This document shows, piece after piece, positions 57,253-64,000 of a stretch of 64,000 nt of DNA. The position numbers were made by a program, and so were the translations under genes. The notes under the pieces were generated by a model. It was not told the origin of the DNA, ran no database searches, and saw nothing but the letters and a program-made list of their open reading frames with translations. Position 1 is the first letter of the stretch, and the number at the start of each line of letters is the position of its first letter. Source of the DNA: Candidatus Daviesbacteria bacterium (GTDB lineage Bacteria > Patescibacteriota > Microgenomatia > Daviesbacterales > UBA10151); assembly GCA_016186955.1 (NCBI GenBank), contig JACPKP010000003.1:258290-322289 (forward strand). Reading direction: 5' to 3'.

Positions 57253-58109
57253 TTACTGATTTGTACCTGCCACAGTTTGATGTTGAGCATATTGTGTATG
57301 TATATTCTCCCAGTGTTTTAGTATAGTTTCCCAATCAAAGGGTTTGCTCAGATAATAATAGCTTGCATGCCCATCTCTTTCTAACAACATATCGTATTTG
57401 AGTGCATGCATTGAACCAACTGAGATTACATCTGGTCTTTCTTGGTCTATTTGTTGAAGTCCATATATATATCTCTTCTTACTGCGGTATAGAATGGTTG
57501 TAAATCTGGCGCTTGCGCAAATCCAAATGATTCTTCCTCATCACCCAATGCAGTATCTCTAGCTCTATCCTCTTGTATCCACTTCTTCACATCTGGATGT
57601 TCTATAGATTTAACCTCAATTCCATTGTCCAAGCACCATAGTACAAGATGTTCAGCATTATTACTCTGAAGTCTTCGTCGATAATCTTGCATACGTTGTA
57701 GTTCATCTGGTCTTGTAGGTTTTCCGCCTACTGTCCCGCTAGATTTACATTCAATCTCAGCTTCTAAGAACTCTGTCATCCATTGCAATTGTTGAGGGTC
57801 AATTTCTTGTAAGACTTTTAATTGTGGATTCTGTTGTTTAAGCTCTGCAAGTTTTTTCTTAATTGCCTCAATCTCCTCAGTGTGACCCGTATGAGCATAA
57901 CCAATTATGACTGGATTATATCCATCAGTTCTCATTCTTTCGATTGGTTCTTGGGGATAAACTCCTTCGCTTAGTTTTTGGAATCTCTGCCTAAAATCTG
58001 CTGGTAGAAGATGAGGTGTATCTCCTCTATATCCAAAGAATTCAGTATGTGGAGAGTAAGTATTTATTTGTTCTTCTGTTTCAATTCTGCTTGCATCTAT
58101 ATCTGACAT
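57253..58109 (-). pseudogene. Frameshifted hypothetical gene (possible TraB/ChaN/EreA-like fold)
   Basis: Removing 2 nt from the (AT)5 run at 57463-57472 joins ...RRDIY to GLQQIDQERPDVISVGSMH...NQ*. Confidence 0.65.
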
Positions 58110-58188
58110 AGGTAAGTTAATTTTATCAAACTTTCTTTAACCTTTTCACAGACGCATACTTTACTATTTAAAATGATATACTTTCTTT

Positions 58189-58732
58189 ATGGTTGAAGAC
58201 AAGAAGAAGATATTGATTTTGATATTCCATCAGAGTTTTTGGGTAAAAAGTACAGTGAAAATGATTTATTGAGAGAATACTGGACTGAGGATATGGATCC
58301 AATAGAACCTGGAGAAATGGTAAAGTTACTTTCTAGGGAGGATTTTGGGGAGAAAATTGCAACTGCTATAAAACAAACCACTAAAGCAACCGCTACAAGC
58401 TTTCGGGGGAGAGAGTACGGTTTTGTCGGACTGCGGGATTTGGGCACTGAGGACAAAGAATTCCATTTAACTTCTTTATTTGAGGGTGAAGAAAGAACTA
58501 TTCCACTTTGGTCTCAAGCTGATCAATACATATATGAAAATCCAGAGGAACCTTGACTAAAGGATTTGCATTCCACACTCACCCAGGTTTCCTTAAAATA
58601 GACAGGTTATTAGATGCCATGTCTGGTATGAAATCTGGTCTGAAGGTAACATTTAGCGACTTATTTTCAGAAAATGATTTAAAAGGATACATGGAAATTG
58701 CCAAATCACTAGAAAGTGGAATCTTTAAATAG
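58189..58732 (+). pseudogene. Doubly frameshifted gene with JAB/MPN-like motif
   Basis: REYGF in ORF 58239..58556; FHTHP...FSEND in a shifted frame past its stop. Confidence 0.55.
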
Positions 58733-58745
58733 AACAAGCAAGTAG

Positions 58746-59372
58746 TTAGGGAGTTTTAGTGGTAATTACAGATTGAGGTTTTTGGTGTTTGTAGATATGG
58801 GTTAACAGGTCAGCTGCTGTTTTTAATCCTAAAAAGAAAAATAACTGGATTTGGTTGGCAAAAAATGCCCCTAAAACTATAACTAAATGCATAGGAATAA
58901 TTCTTTTGTAAGGGGCAAACATGAGCGTACCTATATTTGGTGTTTTTTGTTGATCAATAATCCTGTTATGGTAATAGGAAAAAAAGTGGTTAATAAAAAA
59001 TACCAGACCCCCTAAAAAAAGATAAGTAAAATCAAAGGCTTTTGTGGATTTAAAAAAGTTAAAAATAAAAATGGCATAAATAAAATGGGAAAAACCATAA
59101 TGGAATAGGAAGAAAAAAGCAGTAAAAGTTTTGGTCTGTAAAGTAGGGGAGACAGGCTGGTTATTTATGGTGAAATTTTCAGTAGAAAAGTTTTTTAAAC
59201 TTAAAATCCTCAAAAACTGAAAAAATCCAATGATAATGCTTTGCATCCAGTAAACCCAAAGCACTGTTGCTACATCCCACCCCTGAACTATAGCCAGGAT
59301 AATTACAATGATGTTGGAAACTATCAAGCTAATAGATGAAGAATCTGCCAGATAATTCTTATTAGATTTCAT
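58746..59372 (-). CDS. Multi-pass membrane protein (DUF6498-like)
   Basis: YWMQSIIIG, FF..HYG, PY.RIIPMH, KTAADL..H. Confidence 0.75.
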   Translation of the reverse strand: MKSNKNYLADSSSISLIVSNIIVIILAIVQGWDVATVLWVYWMQSIIIGFFQFLRILSLKNFSTENFTINNQPVSPTLQTKTFTAFFFLFHYGFSHFIYAIFIFNFFKSTKAFDFTYLFLGGLVFFINHFFSYYHNRIIDQQKTPNIGTLMFAPYKRIIPMHLVIVLGAFFANQIQLFFFLGLKTAADLLTHIYKHQKPQSVITTKTP

Positions 59373-59430
59373 AAATCAAAAGCAATCCGGGCTAACTTGT
59401 AACTGATTAAACTTTTATTCTTGAACCAAA

Positions 59431-59518
59431 ATACCGCGCAGCTTGCTGCGGGGATGAATGGTTCACAGAAGAACTTTCCCGAAGGGATACCCCGCAGTTT
59501 ACTGCGGAGTAGTTCATT
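59431..59518. mobile_element. Paired hairpins resembling IS200/IS605 ends without a transposase (PATE-like)
   Basis: CGCAGC/GCTGCG-GGGATGAAT and CCGCAGT/ACTGCGG-AGTAGTTCAT. Confidence 0.65.
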
Positions 59519-59784
59519 TCCAAAGGAAAGAACTTGTTCATAACCTCCTTCGGCCATACTTTGAGTATAACACCTGGAGGACTACTGCAATATTTAAGAA
59601 GCTTGAAATAAAGGTCATGCCTCTCAGCGCCTCCCAGCATCAAAAATTTTAAAAATCCTCAGGTTCCCGCTCAAACCACCCCCGGGTAGGAACACATACT
59701 AATTAACTCCTTGGAACATCGCAAATTCCTTTTACAAAACTTGACAGTTGCAAGTCTAAAATATAGGTATATAATTTTACTGTT

Positions 59785-60471
59785 ATGACACTCAGTCCTG
59801 AAAATATGCAAACTGACCCAACAGGTAATGTCTTTTGCTATGCTCCCATGGAGGCCGATATCACCCATATGGACAAAGAGCAACTTGACAAATACATCCG
59901 CATGACTTTCATGGGAAGGACAGATACGAAGACGCTTCCCTATCCATTCTGGGGTACCTACTATGAAGCTGGATTTCTTGGAGGTAGTGACGGCCATAGT
60001 CCAGCAGGACCAAACCGTTTATTTGGAAATATCTATTCAGCTGTCGGGAGAATACAGAGGGAAGGAAAGACTAGCTTTACAGCCCAATCCAGGAATGAAG
60101 TATTTGAGTACCCTGCTGATTTTGGTTACAGATTAAGATTAGAAAAAGTTCTGACAGGTATCTTAGATGAAAGTCAAAACGTTGATGGTAATCCAACACC
60201 AGAGCAGGTGAGACTTGGTATTTTTGCTGCTGCCACTATTCAAGACATTGCTTTATCAGATGGCCCTAATAGTCCAGAACAACAGTTTGTAGGAATGCTT
60301 CAGGAAAAAGGAACAACGACAATTGGTGTAGTTCGACAAATGGTAGGAAAACTTAAGCATCCGAAATCAGAAGACAATCCATTATTTGCACGGGCGGATA
60401 CGTTTTTAAGAGATCCTCGGTTTGGCTCACTTTATCAAGCAGCAATGTCCTCTTATAATCCGTTTTCCTAA
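59785..60471 (+). CDS. Hypothetical protein
   Basis: 228-aa ORF with TATAAT upstream. Confidence 0.7.
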   Translation: MTLSPENMQTDPTGNVFCYAPMEADITHMDKEQLDKYIRMTFMGRTDTKTLPYPFWGTYYEAGFLGGSDGHSPAGPNRLFGNIYSAVGRIQREGKTSFTAQSRNEVFEYPADFGYRLRLEKVLTGILDESQNVDGNPTPEQVRLGIFAAATIQDIALSDGPNSPEQQFVGMLQEKGTTTIGVVRQMVGKLKHPKSEDNPLFARADTFLRDPRFGSLYQAAMSSYNPFS

Positions 60472-60625
60472 TCTACCTTCAGAATTGTTATACGCAAATC
60501 CCATCTCTCCTTTTGTTTTTACTCAAAACTCATACCTGCTTGGCTGTTTGCTCATAGCTGAATCCCTAATTTAGGAAAAGAATTACCTGAATTCTATCCG
60601 CCCGCTTTCTGAGCTTACTATCATA

Positions 60626-63600
60626 ATGGGCTTCCCTCAGAATGACGAGTGGTATATACTAAATTTAGTGGTAAATTTTGCATCCAAAAGATTGTTTAGA
60701 GTATATTTTTTAGGAGAGAGTGGTGTTATACATATTTTTTTGCTGCTACTGCTTCTTTTGGGCATTGGGCTGGGGGTTTATTTAGTACAAAATAAAACTA
60801 ATATTTTTCCAAAAGCTGCTTTAGAGCAACCAAGTTTGAATTGGAGTGTTGATACAGATTTTGATCCAAACAGGAATTTTTCAACAGTCTCTAAACTAAG
60901 CAGGAATATCTCTTCCGGGCTTATGGCTACACCACTGGCATTCCATAATGGAGATATATTAGCTTGCTTTATTTCTGAGGATTTAAAGACTATGGTGGCA
61001 AAATCTTCTGATGGAGGGAAAAATTGGAGTTATAACCAGGTATCAGTAAATGTGGGTGATGACCCTCACTTTTTTTGTAGTTTAGGGGTTGATAAGGATG
61101 GTTATATTCATATTGCATATGATATGCAAAATGTCCCTTTAAAATATAAAAAGTCTGATAACCCGAATGATATAAACTCTTTTTCGCCCTCCTCTATGAC
61201 TGGTACAGCAGAGGATAGGGTGACTTATCCAAGCTTTCATAAATCACCAAATGGAGACCTTTATTTTTTATATAGAAATGGCGGATCCGGGACTGGAGAT
61301 CTATATATTAAAAGATATGACAGTTTAAACAAGGTCTGGGAAAATTTTGCCACACCTTTGATTTTGGGAAGCAGTTCAACTCCAGCAAAAAGTCCTTATT
61401 GGGGCAACATAGTTTGGGATAAAAATGGGGATATGCATATTGCCTGGACCTTTAGGGATTCCCAGATGCAGCAAAACTCTAACCTTTATTATGCAAAATA
61501 TAACCAGAGTTTAAAAAGGTGGGAGAAATCAGATGGCAGTGTCTACACTTTACCAATCACTCCTCAGACAGCTGAAGCAGTTGTTGTGCTAGATTACAGC
61601 CAGAACCTGGCAGAGTCAAATGGGATTTATATAGACTCATTTAACCATCCCCATATTGCTTATATAAAAAATGCAGCCTCGGGAAAAACTGAGGTTTTTT
61701 ACACCAGCTTTAATGGTTCTTCCTGGGTGAATAAACAGGTCACAAATTTAAACCCTGACAGGGCATTTTATACCGGCTTGAATGCTCCTCAGCTTGTTGT
61801 TGATGATAAAAATAAAGTTTATATTTTTTACACTGATCCAATTGGTGAGGATCTAATTGCGCCAGGCGACCTTTATATTAGTGTCAGCCCTGATAATGGA
61901 GAAAGCTGGGATACTATAAAAACAAGTTATCCAAAAAGCCGGGGGTTTAATTATGATGTAGCAAGCTTTAGGGAGACTGGCAAGCTGTGGTTTTTATACC
62001 AGGAAACTTTAGATAAATTTGGCAACTTATTTCTTTTAGGAGGGGTTAGTCCAGAAGAGTTTGCTAATGTTTCTTCTTATGCTAATACTTCAAGCTTACT
62101 TGCTAAAAAGGGAGAAGTTAAACTTGAAAACAAATTAGTGGGGTTTTGGAAGTTTGATGAAACAGGTGGAGAAGCGTTAGATTCCAGTGGAAATAATTTA
62201 AATGGAATAACCCAGGTTGGAAGAGGGGTTTTGGGAAAGGTTTTAAATAGTTATAGTTTTGGAGGTTTTGGGTCTGTCAGGGTGGCTTCTGACCCTTTAT
62301 TAAACTTTGATAAGGCAGATTTTACTGTTGAGGCCTGGATTAAGACAACTACCCCAAGTGGAATAGTGGTATCTAAGTACCAACAAGGGAGAACACCAGG
62401 ATTTACCCTAGCTTTAAATAATGAAGGCAAGCTCCAGGCTCAGATTAGGGATGGTACGGGAACAGGTGATGGGCCTGATGAACTGGCTTATGTGAGCGGA
62501 GAGACTGCCTTAACAGATGATAATTGGCATCATATTGCTGCAGTTTTTGATAGAGGAGGAAGCTTAACTATTTACGTAGATGGGAGGCAAGATGCTGCAG
62601 CTTTGGATATATCAAAAATATCAGACAGCATTAGTAATACCAGAGCTTTGGTGATTGGAGCAAGGGATTCTGATCCGGAAGGGAATTATTATAAAGGTTT
62701 GATTGATGAAGTGGCGTTGGTACGGGGTGTTTTAACTCCTGAGGAGTTTAATTTTACTAAAGATTATTCTGTTAATTCTTTTATAAAACCGGATAAAGGC
62801 ACTTATACAAGTTATTATAAAAAGATGGCAACCGGCTTTTACAGAGATCTGACTGTTGATACTTTACTTAACGGGGGGAGTGTTAGGGCGGTTGTTGAAA
62901 CATCTACAGATAGGTTTAAAACCATCCTGGGTTCTCAAGAGATAATATTGTCAGAGGGAATAAAGGTTTATCCTTTAGCGCTGCAAGGCTCAGCAAATGG
63001 CGAAGAGGTAAGAGTGACATTTGAGCTAACGAGTTTAACAGGTGCCAGCCCGGTTATTAGATCTTTTATAGTGAGTAAAACTGTTTTAAGCAGTCCAACA
63101 CCATCTTTAGACAAAAAACCGCTTGGGTTATTTAAATTTGACGATAATAAGGGAGATGTCGCTATTAATTCGGGGTCTTTAGGCAGTGTGATAGATGGCA
63201 AGCTCACAAATATTAAAAATACAGATAAATCCGGATGGACTGATTTAGGGAAGATTAACGGTGCATTAATGTTTGATGGTAATGATGACTTTGTTGACCT
63301 GGGATCAAACTCTAATTTGGCAGTAGATAGTAGTTTAACTGTTGTTTCCTGGTTTAAAACTGCAAGCAAGAAGCCAGGGTTTATTATTGATAGAAATGGG
63401 CCAGTCAGCACAAATTATAGATTAATGGTTAACCAATATGGTGCAAAAAATACAGTTGGTTCTAAATACTGCAAGGTTAATAAAGTCTGTGGAAACCTTC
63501 ACTTTAGTAATGGTGTCAACTTAGTGCTGGAGAGCAAAAAAAATGTTAATGATGGAAATTGGCACCACACTGCGTTGGTGTATGATTCAACATCAAGAGC

Positions 63601-63817
63601 TATTTTGCTCTTTGTTGACGGAGTATTAGAGGCTGGACCAATACCAGTTGGAAAAAGTGGAAAGTTGGTTGATCTGAATAATAAAACATTTATTGGGGTA
63701 AGAGGAAATGGACAGAAAGCAACTGATGGAAATTTTGAAGGCATTTTAGATGATGTCAGAATTTATAACCAAGCCTTAAGCCAGCAGGAGATTAATAATC
63801 TTATTGGCAGTTTTTAA
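60626..63817 (+). CDS. Large surface protein: BNR/sialidase-like propeller plus two LamG (ConA-like) domains
   Basis: TM anchor, Asp boxes SSDGGKNW and SPDNGESW, TYP.F...LYRNGGSG, two WHH..AV.D...G..D.V LamG repeats; true start probably downstream of 60626. Confidence 0.88.
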   Translation: MGFPQNDEWYILNLVVNFASKRLFRVYFLGESGVIHIFLLLLLLLGIGLGVYLVQNKTNIFPKAALEQPSLNWSVDTDFDPNRNFSTVSKLSRNISSGLMATPLAFHNGDILACFISEDLKTMVAKSSDGGKNWSYNQVSVNVGDDPHFFCSLGVDKDGYIHIAYDMQNVPLKYKKSDNPNDINSFSPSSMTGTAEDRVTYPSFHKSPNGDLYFLYRNGGSGTGDLYIKRYDSLNKVWENFATPLILGSSSTPAKSPYWGNIVWDKNGDMHIAWTFRDSQMQQNSNLYYAKYNQSLKRWEKSDGSVYTLPITPQTAEAVVVLDYSQNLAESNGIYIDSFNHPHIAYIKNAASGKTEVFYTSFNGSSWVNKQVTNLNPDRAFYTGLNAPQLVVDDKNKVYIFYTDPIGEDLIAPGDLYISVSPDNGESWDTIKTSYPKSRGFNYDVASFRETGKLWFLYQETLDKFGNLFLLGGVSPEEFANVSSYANTSSLLAKKGEVKLENKLVGFWKFDETGGEALDSSGNNLNGITQVGRGVLGKVLNSYSFGGFGSVRVASDPLLNFDKADFTVEAWIKTTTPSGIVVSKYQQGRTPGFTLALNNEGKLQAQIRDGTGTGDGPDELAYVSGETALTDDNWHHIAAVFDRGGSLTIYVDGRQDAAALDISKISDSISNTRALVIGARDSDPEGNYYKGLIDEVALVRGVLTPEEFNFTKDYSVNSFIKPDKGTYTSYYKKMATGFYRDLTVDTLLNGGSVRAVVETSTDRFKTILGSQEIILSEGIKVYPLALQGSANGEEVRVTFELTSLTGASPVIRSFIVSKTVLSSPTPSLDKKPLGLFKFDDNKGDVAINSGSLGSVIDGKLTNIKNTDKSGWTDLGKINGALMFDGNDDFVDLGSNSNLAVDSSLTVVSWFKTASKKPGFIIDRNGPVSTNYRLMVNQYGAKNTVGSKYCKVNKVCGNLHFSNGVNLVLESKKNVNDGNWHHTALVYDSTSRAILLFVDGVLEAGPIPVGKSGKLVDLNNKTFIGVRGNGQKATDGNFEGILDDVRIYNQALSQQEINNLIGSF

Positions 63818-63888
63818 AATCCTACATCCGCTGGCTCACCTACAAATCTATATTGACTTAGGGTTAGGGGTGAATAATACTTAAATTA

Positions 63889-64000
63889 ATGCCCAAAAGT
63901 TTAAACCAAAAAGGTGTAATAAACCCCCTTTTAATAATCTTCATAGTTTTAATTTGTCTTGTTGGTTTGTGGTTTTTTATTGGCCAGGCAAAATTTAGCT
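63889..64000 (+). CDS. 5' part of an exported protein with pilin-like leader (truncated by window edge)
   Basis: MPKSLNQKGVINPLLIIFIVL...; TTGACT/TAATACT promoter-like sequence upstream. Confidence 0.7.
   Translation, partial: MPKSLNQKGVINPLLIIFIVLICLVGLWFFIGQAKFS

Noticed and set aside
59520-59740. Short ORFs next to the PATE-like element
   Set aside because: They are fragmentary with stops and no recognisable family; at most a gene remnant.
1-64000. Genetic code 25 (TGA = Gly) explaining the broken ORFs
   Set aside because: Conserved genes such as recR and ppsA end at TGA in the expected place, and the breaks are frameshifts or TAA.

Overview
This is a chromosomal window from a low-GC, small-genome bacterium. 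Gene content and style point to Patescibacteria/CPR, probably Microgenomates (inference; TGA is used as a stop, so code 11). Housekeeping genes: glyA, folD, ybaB-recR, obgE, dinB with a candidate SOS box, a split cysS, gdhA flanked by two M16 peptidases, a DEAD-box helicase, tRNA-His(GUG) and tRNA-Arg(UCU). Sugar and central-carbon genes: GH13, ROK kinase, cupin PGI, GT4-GH57-GH15, ppsA-eno, and glycerate kinase with a D-hydroxyacid dehydrogenase. There is also a VKOR/Trx-CcdA-DoxX membrane redox operon and many secreted or orphan proteins. The most striking non-coding signal is a dense set of short palindromic (REP/PATE-like) elements. Four same-orientation copies of one repeat surround and sit inside a RAYT-type HUH transposase and bracket a DEDDh exonuclease. 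Modular repeats separate a row of orphan, partly decayed genes downstream of tRNA-His, resembling an integrase-free cassette array. Palindromes are also inserted in frame into cysS, dinB and a pilin-like signal peptide. No CRISPR array, rRNA, prophage or integron integrase was seen. All family calls come from motif recognition by eye; no database search was run.
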